Part shown: positions 1 to 12,412 of the stretch, in pieces
Layout of the letters: every line of letters begins with the position of its first letter
How positions within the stretch are numbered: the first letter of the stretch is position 1
Assembly: GCA_010909165.1 (NCBI GenBank)
Contig: VJWM01000186.1
Span: 1-64,000 of the forward strand
Direction of reading: 5' to 3'
Origin: Anthoceros angustus
Taxonomy: Eukaryota > Plantae > Anthocerotophyta
Length of the DNA: 64,000 nucleotides
The notes under the pieces: model-generated
Databases searched by the model: none
What the model was told of the DNA's origin: nothing
What the model saw: the letters and a program-made list of their open reading frames with translations, nothing else
Program-made: the position numbers and the translations under genes

Positions 1-254
1 TGAGCCGCACTGCCGAGGAATATCTCGCCTGGGCCAAGGAGGTTTGCGTGAGTGAAAAAGAAATTGGAAAGGCTCGACAGCTCTTGTCGCTGGAGAATGA
101 AAGAACATACGAGACCTTTTGGATGAGGGTCAACAAACACTAGACAGATGGCCTTCGTGATCGGGTTGATGGGATAGAGGAAGATGATGCAGGCAATGAA
201 GGCGAGACACTTTCAAGACGCATGACAGCCGCTTTAGAAACATTACTGCCCCCG

Positions 255-349
255 ATGTGTCTATGTGGAGTGTGAACTTGTGTCAGGGACACCGAGGTCC
301 ATTTACCCTCAATGTCGAGGCCTAGGATTCTCTCCCCGAATGGTTTGTG
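255..349 (+). repeat. Left arm of a ~100 bp inverted repeat (partner 3925-4032)
   Basis: ATGTGTCTATGTGGAGTGTGAACTTGTGTCAGGGACACC...CCTAGGATTCTCTCCCCGAATGGTTTGTG aligns, with small indels, to the reverse complement of 3925-4032. Confidence 0.85.
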
Positions 350-380
350 AAGAGACACCGTTGAATGGTGTCTTGTCTGA

Positions 381-3250
381 GGTTAGATAATAAATGGTCC
401 TTGATCAAAACTCGATATTCCTTGGCCTTTAGTCTTCGAATATCGGTAGGAAGTCAATATATATGGGAGGGGGTCATTTGGTAGAGGCTAAGTCCATAAT
501 TTAGAGGTCATCCAACCAGGTAGTAATAAGTGTGAGGTTGCGACCGAAATGTGAGTTATGTTTCGAGAACTTGAATGACGGGCGTGGAAGGAAGCACAAG
601 GAGAAGAAGTCGAAGCCGACCCGGTAGGGGAAGTTTGTGAATTTAACCCTAAGAAAACTGAGGTCAAACGATTCAAACGGTGAACGGCTGGAGCAAGATC
701 GAGAGTGGAGCGTGAACCGAGCAGCTAGCGATGGTGGAGCGCGATCGGAGGAGTACCGATCGCCGGAGGACTAGAGGCAATCGAGGAAGGGCAGCAACCT
801 CACCGCTGAGGTCGGAGCCGCGACAAGGAGGGCGGCGCATCAAGGGCGCTGGCCGAGGAGGTAGGAACCTCGAGACCGACTGTGAATTTCGAGGCGAGGC
901 ATCACCGATTCGAGGCGCCGAGGCTGTGGAGGTTGGAGGAGGTAACACCATAAATTGTGACCGCCATACAATATAGACCATTGGAAGGTCCGAGCAAGAG
1001 CTTGGCTTTATGGAGAAGCGGAATTATGAACTTGGACTGTGAAGGAGGCGCGCCATCCAAGGGCAAGCAACCAAGAGGGAATTAGAGCACAAAGAGGAAG
1101 GGGTGGTTTGGTGATTGAACCTCTCAAAAGGAGCACAAAGAATGGCGTCAAGATAAAGCGATCGGGAGCCCAATGGCTGGTTGACCCAGAATTGGTATTA
1201 GCAAAGATGGGTCCGCCGATGGCTCTATTTTCTAAGCACAGGTGACTATTTGTCCGACCATTCGCCGCTTTCTCCATGAAGTTGTCAAGCCGAGGATCGA
1301 TTGGGGACGAATTCTTTGATAAGTGTGTGAAGAGAGGTTGAATTTGATCCCTTCCCCGCCCCTAATTACGCCATTCATCAGATGCGACGCAACTGCCGCT
1401 GAGGTAGAATTGTGGCCTTCACATGTGGAAGCTTAGGAGGTGAAGCGGAAGAGCCCAAGGAGGAAGAGGAGGAACGAAGCTGGGAGTCCGTGGCAACAGT
1501 TCGAGGAGGAAGGAATTTGCCACCAGCAGAAGAGAAAGGCCGGGGAGGCAAAGCTCAACGAAGAAGGTGAGGTGGACACGTCACTGTGTCAAGGGCGCCA
1601 AGGCCAGGAGAAAGAAGAAATGAAGGCCAAACGATTGATTTGGCGGAGGAGGAGGCGCGGTCCGAGGAAGACAATTTTGCCGACCGGATGCAGACTGAAC
1701 CGACCCCGAAGGATTAGGGACAGCGGACCCTCCTGGATGGGAAGAGGTTTTCCGTGAACCCATTGGCAATGAGGTCGACGCGGGAGAATTGGTTAGAGTG
1801 CGACCCCACCGGGAAGGAAGGTGCTTGACAGGGAATGGCGTCCGGAGGGCCTCCTCAGTGTGGATTTGAGCTAACCACATCTATGATCCGGCCCAACATT
1901 TGTTGGACACTGTTGGCCTCACATGGCTCATGCAAGGGCGAGAGGAAGTGGTGAAGGCCCGATTTGAGGAGGAGGAGGCTAAGCAAGCGGTGGAGGAGGA
2001 TAAGCGGACCTGGAGGAGATGAGGGTAAAATTGTGAGGATTTGGCGCAGGCCCAAGAGGAGTTGCGTCCATGACGAGCCAGGAAGCGCCATGGCCCAGAT
2101 CAAGGACGCCCACGAGGCTAATCAAGAAATGGGGAATTGGCGAGCCCAACAAGAGGCAGCCTGTGGAGAAGGCCCATAAGTTGGCGGACAGACAAGCGAG
2201 AGCATGAGGCACGTGGTTGAGCCGTGAAGGAGAAGGGAAAGGGAAGGCAAAGATGTCCACCGGGTAGTGGAAGGACCATCAAGAAAGGAAGGAGCAACCG
2301 AGGTAGCCAAACACCTACCGAGTCGCCAATGACGACGGTCGTGGAGTCCACTACCGCAGATGAGAGCCACCGATTGGGGAGCCCAACTAAGGCCATGAGC
2401 GGCGCTCTGCCCGACGTAACATCTCGCGAGGGCATGGATCAGGGCAACCGTGTAGCCCACGGAGGAGGGGGCACCTCACCATGAGGGGTCCTATTATGTT
2501 GCGCACATGGATGAGGAAACTTATGTTCCGGTCTATATGAATGGGGAACGCGTGCTTAACCTCGGTCCATGTGCGTGTGGAAATAGGAGGATGTGGCCAC
2601 AAGTGAGGACCAAGTGGATACTTCTTCCACCGCGCCTGAGTGTGTGGGGATTGGCCCCTATTATGCGGAGGCGATTTTGGAGGAGCTAACGGAGGAAGAA
2701 GTCCAGTGGGTGGACGAAGAGCCTGTAATAATCACAGGGCAAGCTGGAGTGGAGGGAGCTCAAAGGTGATATACCTAGGGACGCCCAGATGATAGTGAGG
2801 TGGAGGTCTTGTGGGATCGGTAGGGGGAGGGCTCGTGGCGGCGCACGGATATAAGGTTATCTAGTCGGGAAGGGCGCACAGAGCAAATAACAACAGGTGA
2901 TAGCATCCTAGGAATGGAATTTGTTAGATGCCACATCGACCTAAGATCGCAACAGTGTAGGCGCCTCTTCAATGAGCTGCTTTTAATCGAAAACTGGGGC
3001 TATGGCGCCACCGATGTACAAAAGGGGCGACCAGCCGATCATGCAGATGCACTCCCGGTTGAGATCCCCACGCTTGTGGCTAGTTGGACGTCCGATTGAC
3101 AGTGGGGCGCGAGACGCCTCCTAGGGGTGGTCGAGAGCTTGTCTGCAACGGGAGGAAGGTGAGAGAGTAATTACTTGGCTAAAGGAGGAGGAAACCAAGG
3201 GATTGGCACGGGCGGTCCGGAGCTTGCTCAACGTAGAACGCCCGAGGGTT
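381..3250 (+). mobile_element. Retroelement-associated segment (family X) with a decayed accessory ORF (conserved DWG domain followed by acidic/coiled-coil region)
   Basis: Collinear similarity to 14831-16740 starting at GGTTAGATAATAAATGGTCC. Frameshifted peptide FLHEVVKPRIDWG near 1270-1320 matches FLHEVVKGTRIDWGQIIFDK in ORF 15693-16076. Confidence 0.6.
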
Positions 3251-4032
3251 CTTCACCTTTGTTCTTGTTAGTCCCGTGAATCGAGAGAGTGTTGAGGGAT
3301 CGCTGTGGAAACTTGTGGGTCATCGAGGGAGGGAAAGAGAGAGAGAAGAGATCGCGAAGGAGAGAGATCGAATGTCAGACGCGAAGCGAGGTGTGAGATC
3401 GGAAGTGGAAAGAGAAGGAGAACGGATTGAGGGGTTAACAATGGGGATTGGTATGTGGAAATTGTGAAATCAAGCCGGTGCTGTCTGTGGAAAGTGCACA
3501 TGGGGAATAGTGTTCCCTGGAGAAAATAGTGTGTGTGTGGCGCCTTTGTTTGGGTGTGTGTGTGTGTGTGTGTGGAACGGGTGTGCGATAACCTAGGAAC
3601 TTCCGTTTCTAAGAATCGGTCTGAGCATAGAGCCTAAAGTGCAGAATAAAACCTGGCCTGTGAGTAGAGACAGCCACCCGTGAAAGGAAACTACGTCGCC
3701 GCGTGCCAGAGAGGAGGTGCTAGGGTTTGGTATGGGACCCACCACGGTAGTTGTAACCACTACCCGGTAGTGGGGAGAACCACCGTGGTAGTAGCTTAAG
3801 CCAGAGTGGAATGATCTACAGAAAGGCGAATGAAAGGATGAGAAGTTGAGTAGATAGATAGGGAGAGGTGATAGCAAGTCCCAACTTAGGCAAAGGTCAG
3901 AGTGATAGAAGTTAAGCCCTTGGCACAAACCATTCCTTGGGAGAGATCCTAGGCCTACAACGACATTGAGGAGGTAAATGTGGACCTCATGGTGTCCCTA
4001 GACACAAGTTCACACTCCACACCAGGACACAT
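3250..4032 (-). repeat. LTR-like segment containing the right inverted-repeat arm, CTACC-NN-GGT(A/G)G palindromes (~3740-3795) and a (TG)n tract (~3553-3574)
   Basis: The minus strand begins TGTGTC and carries the same palindromic motif seen in LTR-adjacent regions at 43200-43450 and 57340-57470. The other LTR end is not identified. Confidence 0.45.
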
Positions 4033-4324
4033 GTAATGCCCCATAAACCTAGCATTGGCTATCAGCGGTTTGACTATGTGTTTTTATGTGCAAGGCCACC
4101 GGTATGCCGGCATCCTACTATGGATTTAGGGTAATTACTTGAACGGTGCCCGGAACATTATCAATAAATGTTTATGTTTTCTCTTACAAATATACCGATG
4201 GTGCTGGCCAAAAAACACCAAAGTATATTCTATCGGTCCATTAAATGAAATAGCCGTATCCTGTAAACTAGGCTTTATTGAGTCTTGCATGCATAGTGTG
4301 GTCCAGTCGTTTCCGTTGTCTTAC

Positions 4325-5330
4325 TTAAGAGCCGAATCGGTAAGGGGACAAGAAAGAGGAACCGGCGGCAATGTTTGCGGAACCGGCGTTCATTATTCCG
4401 ACGGAAAGAACATTATGGTGTTGCTTCTTTAAAAGATGTCCATTCTGTGATTGTATGTGCTCAGTTACCCTGGGCAAAGTTAGCACCATAACTCCTCCAC
4501 CAGACCAAGGCATAACCCTTTAGAAAATTGCCGATAGTACCCAAGTAGTATTGCGGCTCAAGACCATATGAGGCAAGATAAGTTTCAACAGAGTAGATCC
4601 AATAATCAATGACTTGAAGACCCCTTTCTCCCTCATACTTATCTGGTAGAGAAAGTTTCATGCTCAAACTTGGATGGCACTTTGAAGATGCCTATTGCTT
4701 TTGCCACATAAATCTCTCTATTTTGTTCTTCCACATCTTCATCTTGTTAAGCTGTGGGCTCCAGATTCTTTTTCGCCTTTTTTTTGGAAGTCTTTAAATC
4801 TTCTAAGACTTCTGGGAGAACTTGGTAAAGGGATTCCACCATCTGCTTCCTCAAATCCTCTAATTCATCTTTAGATGACCCCACAGTATTTTTAGGCAGT
4901 GACTTCTCCTCGTCGCATTACTTGTCTTCTTCTAGTGATGAAGAATGTTCAGGCAGATGATGATCTTGAGGTAGATGATGAGTAGGAAGCTTCTTGAGCA
5001 TCTGTGGAACGAGAAAGTTTGGTCACTTAGGATGTAGTAAGGGATTATAGACTGTAGGGGAAATCACACAGGTAGGCAGCGGTAGGAAGTCATCGTCCGA
5101 CTTAGCAAGGATGCGATTCGAGTCGTCGTACTCAGTCAGTAGGACAACCGTTGGCATCGTAGGAGGGGTAGGACTTGAAGCTCCGGTAGGACCTATAACC
5201 CTTAGGCTAGGAGACGGTTGTAGCAACAGACTGTCAACAACGTTTAGTTTTATAGGTAGGAAGTCCTTGGTCTTTGGTAAAGAGTTGTAATTAGTAGGAT
5301 AACCTTGAGCTTCGGAGGTTAGGGTAGGTG
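4325..5330 (-). pseudogene. gag: Ty3/Gypsy gag remnant
   Basis: ORF 4461-4667 LPDKYEGERGLQVIDYWIYSVETYL...ALVWW matches the retrotransposon gag capsid pattern. Flanks are frameshifted. Confidence 0.7.
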
Positions 5331-5379
5331 ACCCTTGGTCTTCGGGCAGGTGAAAAGGCGGAAGAAAATTATCTCGAAG

Positions 5380-6290
5380 AGCAAGGAAGGCAACTTCCTT
5401 GGACCTCGAAATTCGCGCGCATGCAGGAAGGCTATATATGCATCAAAAGGGGGTTGGATATAGCAAATCAAGTTTGAATGGTGGCACTGATGGAGCCACG
5501 TAAGCGGACGCTTGGGGCGCACAAATCATCAAGATTTGCATGTACTGCAAACCCTTGGTTAGCCAAGGTTTGAATTTCCTTGGGGAGTAAAGCTGGAAAT
5601 ACTGGCGGCTGCGAGCGCAAGGAGCTCCACCAGGTCCACAATTTTGTGTTGAGACACACGATGGTTCTTGACCCCTTCCTACAGCTTTACAACGAAGAGT
5701 TAATGGAACTTGATGGTGATGAAGACAGGCAATCTTTCCGCGCGTGGGTTCATGTTGGCAGGGATTCTGGAAGGTGGGAGTCATTTGTACTTTTGACTGC
5801 TGATGTTGTGGCCATAATGGATGGGCCTTCTATTTCGGCGACTACTTACAGGCACATGTGGAGCAATGCTAGCCACCTACGCACTTTTGCAGCAGATGAA
5901 GACCGTCGCGCCACGCAGGACAGCGGAGTTTGTACAAAGTATGTAATGGGAGACGGTGTACAGCGGACATACTATGGCAATGTAGCGGAAATAATTCGAA
6001 AAGTCTTTGCAGCTGATTCGAGCCATTGGTCCTGAAGGTCAAGTGGTTTGAGTGTAATCCAAGTGGGAGATCCCAATCCATTCACGAAACTTATGGTGGA
6101 TTTGATCTCGTGTTCACCGGAAGGCACTGCAAGTATGTTGCAGATGGGGTTGACACCCCTTTCATATGGCCACATCAAGTTACCCAATGCATATTTCATG
6201 CTGATGCACAGGCGGAGAATAGAGGCTGGGCTTTAGCGGTGCCCACGCCTGCGCGTGGGTGGAGGGAGAGCGAGTCGACTGAATAAGGAC
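5380..6290 (+). mobile_element. CACTA (En/Spm) transposase C-terminal fragment (DUF4218/DUF4216-like), frameshifted
   Basis: MQEGYI near 5420; TQDSGV...YYGNVAEII (5580-6035); VLKVKWF...PFIWPHQVTQCIFHAD...GWALAV (6026-6286). These follow the CACTA TnpD C-terminal pattern. Confidence 0.8.
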
Positions 6291-6969
6291 GCGGGGGATT
6301 CATAGAATTTTCTTCTTATGAGACTTAAGTTTTAACACTTCTGTATGAACATGAACATGGGTTTCCATGAAGGAAAAAAAGGCAAAATTAGGCACAGCCA
6401 CTAATGACCGCGGTAGTGGGGAATGCCTCTGCCATCGGCGCACATGTGAGCGAGATTTGGCGGTGAAGTTATGGCGCGACCTCGGCGCACACTCCGCTGC
6501 TCTAAGGCGTGTTATCGCCGCAACGTCTCTGGACCGCTGAGTATAGGACCCACCATGTCTGCCGCTCTTCTCCAAACCATTCCGCGATGGGGAAATCCGG
6601 CACCATGTCCATTCACTGTGTAATATCTAGCAAACAGCGGCGGCCCACCTCTAGCACACGCCTCTAAGCATCCAAAACCTCACTCCGCAGTTGCAAAGCC
6701 GTCCGCCACGCTGCCTTCATCATCGCGGAAGTTGGGGTGCCGTGGTGGCAGCTGGCGGAGTGCCCATGCGTCCGCCCAGGTTTGGCGTATGGTTCCCTCC
6801 ACCTTGGCAAGAAATCGGTTGTATCTGTGGCCTGCATCCGGTCCTGCCGCCATGACCATCACAGCCCGCACACCTGCAAAGCCGCCCAAACCATAAGATA
6901 CGAAGAATAGCATTAGGATAGCGCAAAGATAATATGACCGAGAGTTGAATGCAAGGCAAAATCCAAGGC

Positions 6970-8335
6970 AACAGATTCTGACCGACTGGAGTCTTGAATG
7001 CAAAAACCAAATGGCAAAGGGTGGGAGGGAGGAGACAGAGCTAGGGGAAGGTCCTCCTCAATCTGTAGGTCCAACATAACTTGCAACTACTGTGGCAAGG
7101 TTGGACACATTGCGAGGAACTGTTTCAAGAAGCAAAGGGACGAGAAAGCAAGACCTCAAAGCAACTGTCAAGACTTTGATGAGGCCTTTGTGAGTACACA
7201 TCACCACTCAAATGAAGTCGACAGTGGTATATCAATTCAGAGCTTTGGAGCATATGACCAATAGGCGTGAATGGTTTCACTCTTTCAAACCCACTCCACC
7301 GCACCTAACATTTACTTGGGTGATAATTCGCTCAAAATGTGAGGGAGAAGGAGTTGTATTCTAACCATGACCACTCCTAAAGGGCCTATTCTGGATGTTA
7401 AAGAAGGTCCTCTATGTGCCAGCCTGAGCAAAACCTCTTCTCCGTTAGCGACTACCTCTCAAGGGTTGAGAGTGAGATTTGAGGAAGCTGGAGTGACCCT
7501 CACGAATGCAAAAGAAGAAGTGAGAGCACAAGGAGTGAAGGTTGGAAAGATGTATTGTTTAAGTGGGAGTACTATGGTGCCAAGCTCAAGAATGGAGGCA
7601 AATGTGGTACAAGAGCACAACAACAAGCTACTATTGTGGCACCAAAGATTGGGACACCTTGGAGTTCAAAACCTTCACTCAGACATCTGTGGCCCCATGA
7701 AGACCACATCTCTAGGAGGGGCCAAGTATTTCCTCACTTTCACAGATGACAAGTCAAGGTATACCAAGGTTTACTTCCTCAAATCCAAGGATGCCTGCTT
7801 ATCGAAGTTCAAGGAGTACAAAGCACTTGTGGAGAATCAAATTGGTAGAAAGATAAAAGTTTTCAGAAGTGACAATGGAGGTGAGTATATGTCCAAGGAT
7901 TTTGAAACTTTTGCAAGGAGCACTAATCATGCAACAATTTTCGTCCCTTACCCTCAGCAAATTGAGTTGCGAAAGGAAAATAGAACTTTGGTAGAATGTG
8001 CTAGGAGCATGCTTCATCATCAATAATTGGGCTATGAGTTTTGGGGAAGCCATTGCAACCACGCTACCTAACTAATAGAAGTGCAAGTGCATCACTAGAG
8101 GATATGACACGGAGGAATGTTGTTAGGAATATTTCTATTGCTTACTTGCATGTTTGGGTGTAGAGCCTTGCACATAAACCCAAAGAAGTCAGAGCAAGCT
8201 CGAAGGGAAGGCATTGGAGTGCATTTTTGTGGGCTATGATATTGATAGAAAGGCCTATAGATTGTATGATAAGGCATCTAGGCGCATCATCATAAGTACA
8301 GATGTGGTTTTTGATGAGGCGGAGACTATAGGCGG
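6970..8335 (+). mobile_element. pol: Ty1/Copia fragment (family Copia-A): gag zinc knuckle, protease, GAG-pre-integrase, integrase
   Basis: CNYCGKVGHIARNC; LWHQRLGH; HSDICGP...FTDDKSR...RSDNGGEY (ORF 7367-8026). Internal deletions and frameshifts present. Confidence 0.92.
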
Positions 8336-8337
8336 AG

Positions 8338-9356
8338 ACTCATAGCCCAATTGTTGATGATGAAGCATGCTCCTAGCAAATTCTACCAAAGTTCTATTTT
8401 TCCTTTCCGCAACTCCATTTTGCTGAGGAGTGTAAGGGGCCGAAAATTGTTGCATGATTCCGTGCTCCTTGCAAAAAGTTTCAAAATCCTTGGACATATA
8501 CTCACCTCCATTGTCACTCCTTAAAACTTTTATCTTTCTACCAATTTGATTCTCCACAAGTGCTTTATACTCCTTGAACTTGGCATCCTTGGATTTGAGG
8601 AAGTAAACCTTGGTATACCTTGACTTGTCATATGAAAGTGAGGAAATACTTGGCCCCTCCTAGAGATGTGGTCTTCATGGGGCCACAGATGTCCGAGTGA
8701 ATCAAATCTAGCACATGGTTAGCTCTACTTCCTCCCTTTGAAATGGAAATCGATGTTGCTTTCCCATCATGCAACCTCTACAAATACCTATATCTTCCTC
8801 CTCTCAAGCTCAAGTCCTCTTACCATCTTTTTCTTTCCATGAGCTTGATGTTTTGAACTCCAAGATGTCCCAATCTTTGGTGCCACAATAGTAGCTTGTT
8901 GTTGTGCTCTTGTACCACATTTGCCTCCATTCTTGAGCTTGGCACCATAGTACTCCCACTTAAACAATACATCTTTCCAACCTTCACTCCTTGTGCTCTC
9001 ACTTCTCTTTTGCATTCGTGAAGGTCACTCAAATCTCACTCTCAACCCTTGAGAGGTAGCGCTTAACGGAGAAGAGGTTTTGCTCAGGCCCGGCACATAG
9101 AGGACCTTCTTTAACATCCACAATAGGCCCTTTAGGAGTGGTCATGGTTAGGAATACAACTCCTTCTCCCTCACATTTTTGAGCCGAATTATCACCCAAG
9201 TAAATGTTACTTGCAGGAGTGGGTTTGAAAGAGTAAAACCATTCACGCCATTCATTTGAAATTTCACAAGTTGAAGTTGTTACCACCAAATTTGGAAATG
9301 ACTTGTAGTGTCACCATGCCTTGGGTGTGTGGGCCCATAACCTGTTGAGATTGGAA
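8338..9356 (-). mobile_element. pol: Second Copia-A copy in opposite orientation: LTR end, half-tRNA PBS, gag start (deleted), protease, integrase
   Basis: ORFs 8255-8557, 8788-9015 and 9029-9289 mirror 7265-8040. 9262-9356 is the reverse complement of 55525-55620 (TTCCAATCTCAACA-GGTTATGGGCCCA-gag). PBS at 9330-9342. Confidence 0.9.
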
Positions 9357-9394
9357 TCCAAGGGTTGATCCAGTGTGGAATCCAAGGGTTGAAT

Positions 9395-10050
9395 CCTGTG
9401 TGGATCCAAAGTGTCATCTACATAGCGCATTTCCGGTATCGTCAACTGCCGGTGATGCCTCAGGGTTGTCACACTGCTCACATTTGTCCAGAAGCTCCGC
9501 ACCCAGTGCGCGTACGAGCCTGTCTGCACGGCATCTATGATAAACTCCTCCCCCAACCAGCTCCTGAGTTGCTCATAGTGTTTCCTGACATACTCACGCT
9601 TGTCGAACGCACCACACATTTTCGAGCACGTACCAGTAGGTTGGGTTAGTCACCTGTACTTCCCGCAAAATCCGAATGACTTCCACTGCCAATTCCATAT
9701 CATTGCCAGCACCACGACCGGCCCTTGGAAAGGTTTTGCACTCCCATCCTGCAATCAACGTATCCACGGGGCACCTGATAGCTTCAATCTGTCGTTTCCC
9801 TACCAGCAGGATGTTTGAAGGTAACCTGCTTTGGCATCCTTTGATTGCCTCCCTACTCAACAACTCGGGGTTTTCCTTCTGCAACCGCATGATTCTGGCC
9901 CTAGCCACCGCATGCGCCCTCTCATCCAGCTCGACACATGTATACTTTCTTACCTGGATTCCACTCTTCAACACTGCCTCTAGCCCACTGCTGATCCCAG
10001 AACATAGTTCCATGAGATGGATTCCCCGACTGTCCGCTCTCTAGTGAATT
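9395..10050 (-). pseudogene. DNMT3-like C5 cytosine methyltransferase, N-terminal part (motifs I-VIII), inside Gypsy Pol
   Basis: Motif I GIHLMELCSGISSG, motif II VELD, motif IV LIAGWEC, motif VI VLENV (ORF 9594-10013). After a frameshift, motif VIII IDAVQTGSYAHWVRSFWTN (ORF 9311-9619), cf. DNMT3A IDAKEVSAAHRARYFWGN. Confidence 0.88.
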
Positions 10051-10154
10051 ACCTCATTGTTGATCTGCAACTTAGTCGGGTCCAAGATCCGTAATTTGGG
10101 CAGATGGATTTCTGGGCATAGACTGGTCACAAGACACCTCCGGGCGTGCTCTTG

Positions 10155-11450
10155 TCAAATGCGTTCTCTTGCCAACGCCTGTGCTAATTGCCGGGTGTTC
10201 CTTACCTGCACACAAACACCCGTCCTGCGCCCACACGGTGTTTCTTCATTTGTCAGTTCTTGGGTTTCTTCCCATACCTCTGCCCTGTGCACACTCTCTA
10301 CTATGCATGCGGTGACTGTCATCAGACTGCCCGGCTTTTCACCACTCCTCTTCATGTTGAGCGGAATCCTGGCTGTGCGTGAGAAGTCCTCGTCTCGCCA
10401 TCGCGGTCTGTAAAATGCCACCGAGTGCAGCGGATCTACTCCCATCGCCGGTCCATGTGTGGCATCAGCAACCAGCAATACATCATAATTCCTTGCATTA
10501 GACACCAGACAATGAACCTCGATGACCGAAGCATCTTCGGTGCCTGGTTTGAATTCTATGCGAATCGGATCCCGACTGACCCCCATCACCTGCTCTTTGG
10601 TACCCGCAGAAGTGGTGATGCGCACCTCACATGGCCTCAATCTGTCTCCGTATAGCTGGAGTGCCTTCTGCACACGGGCACCAAGCAGCACCAGGTCTGC
10701 ACCTGTATCCACCAGCACACATTCCGGGGCAAAACCATTCACGGTGACATCTCGACCTCGATTATCCACCATGGCGACTCCCCCTTTTCCTCGAGCAGCT
10801 GGTTTCAAGTGCTCACCGCACAGACTAGTGAACCCAGACATCACGTCAACCTCTGCGAATGCCTCTTTCATCCAGGCCTGCATTGCCTGCTTGAACGGTT
10901 GCACCTTGACTCCCAGATCGCGCAGGCTGACCATGGGCACATCCATTGCCTTGTCCAGTAAGAGCTCCATACTGGGCGGTTTTCTTTTTGAGAGGTTCAT
11001 GGACTCAGGGTCCTCCAACTGCCTGAAGGACTTGGGCATTTTGAGTTGATTTCTTTCCCCAATCCTTTTCCCTTTGACACCTTCCCCCATGTCAACGTCG
11101 CCTTTCATACCAGGGGCCACCCCCACGGTCATCAACGCGTACACTTCTTGGTCCGAGTCATACTCTTCCAGGGAAATGTCTGCGGTTCCCGATGTGCTTA
11201 CACTCATCGCCAACTGTTCTTGCAGTCTGTGCACCTCACTTAGAAGCGCCTTTCGGGTGTAGCCCACCGTCGGTTTCATTTTGTCACCCACCCGATCCCC
11301 AACTCCTTTGGGCTTGAATTCTAGGTGAGCTTGCCAACATGCTGCCTCCGTGTGACCTGTCTTGGCGCAGGTCTTGCACACCTCTTTTTCCTTAGCTCCA
11401 CCAACTCGATACTCGCACTCAAAGGCTTTGTGTGAACCCCTGCATCGCAA
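10155..11450 (-). CDS. pol: Ty3/Gypsy gag C-terminus (two zinc knuckles) and aspartic protease
   Basis: CLRCRGSHKAFEC and CKTCAKTGHTEAAC knuckles; protease VLVDTGADLVLLG; 431-aa open frame directly upstream of the MTase. Confidence 0.85.
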   Translation of the reverse strand: MRCRGSHKAFECEYRVGGAKEKEVCKTCAKTGHTEAACWQAHLEFKPKGVGDRVGDKMKPTVGYTRKALLSEVHRLQEQLAMSVSTSGTADISLEEYDSDQEVYALMTVGVAPGMKGDVDMGEGVKGKRIGERNQLKMPKSFRQLEDPESMNLSKRKPPSMELLLDKAMDVPMVSLRDLGVKVQPFKQAMQAWMKEAFAEVDVMSGFTSLCGEHLKPAARGKGGVAMVDNRGRDVTVNGFAPECVLVDTGADLVLLGARVQKALQLYGDRLRPCEVRITTSAGTKEQVMGVSRDPIRIEFKPGTEDASVIEVHCLVSNARNYDVLLVADATHGPAMGVDPLHSVAFYRPRWRDEDFSRTARIPLNMKRSGEKPGSLMTVTACIVESVHRAEVWEETQELTNEETPCGRRTGVCVQVRNTRQLAQALARERI

Positions 11451-11455
11451 GCACT

Positions 11456-12412
11456 TTACTGGCCGCTTGGTGGCCGACAGACTGCTGGACGCCCGATGTG
11501 CAAATTTCTCCGTAGAGCATTCCCTTGTGGCTGGTCACGATGGGAGCCCCTTCCTTGTAGCCTTTGTGTATTCGCGGCATGCTGATGCCCTTTGACGAGA
11601 TTATGTTCTTCCCAATACGCACTGGTCACAGCGTCTCCTTTCATGACCCTTTCCGCCATTTCATAAGCCTGCTCCAACTCGTAGTCTGCGCCATGCAGCA
11701 TGTGGAGAAAGTTGGCGATCACCCTCCTCTGTCTACCTGGAAGGGCGGCTATGTAGATTTGTGCGGCTTCTCGCATAGTCTTCACTGTGTCCTTTACCAA
11801 ATTTTAATCTCGTGACACGCTCAAGGGGCTCATTTAATGGTGAATCGACGCCTCCTGAATCTTCTCTATGGAAGATACTGGAAACATCTCTGCGAATCTG
11901 TTGAACATTTCATCCACCAGGTATGTGATGGCAGCCGCTTGCGTCGCACTGGATGTTTCCTCCTCTTCATCTCCTTTCGCAGCCCTTTTGGCTCTGTTTG
12001 CCCTCGCCAGGGACCGAGCATCCTGCAGAATTTGATCCTTGCAATCACGATAACACGTCAGCACCTCTCCTGCCAAGAATGTGCTCATCTTCCTCAGCGC
12101 CATCTCCGGGGTAAATTCCGACTTGTACTTGAGCACCATCTCATCAATTGCCCATCTGAACTTTTCTTCAAAGTTAGCAAGTGACATGCTGCCATGTCGA
12201 CCCGTGAATACATCATTCTTGCTGGGGGCTGCCTCATACTCCATCCTTACCTCACCACTGTTCTCTTCAAACTTTAGGGAGCGAATGGGGCTTCGATTCC
12301 ACTCAAACTGACCACCGACCCTGCAAACCGAAGGATATTGAGCAGCGGGACTGCGAGATTCCTGCACCGGGGTATTCTCGTTTGTCCAGCCCAAGCGCAG
12401 GAGCACCATCAC
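11456..12412 (-). pseudogene. gag: Gypsy gag capsid region of the MTase-bearing element (frameshifted)
   Basis: ORFs 11834-12412 (DVFTG...ANFEEKFRW...FLAGEVLTCY) and 11456-11800 lie in the gag position and orientation upstream of the knuckles. Confidence 0.6.

Noticed and set aside
3-255. Protein-like frame SRTAEEYLAWAKEV...TAALETLLPPM
   Set aside because: One internal stop, truncated by the window edge and the inverted repeat, and no recognisable family.
9395-10050. Bacterial restriction-modification or DIRS-type Dam methyltransferase
   Set aside because: Motif order and the DNMT3-like motif VIII indicate a C5 enzyme. The neighbours are Gypsy PR/RT and a DDE integrase; no endonuclease or tyrosine recombinase was seen.
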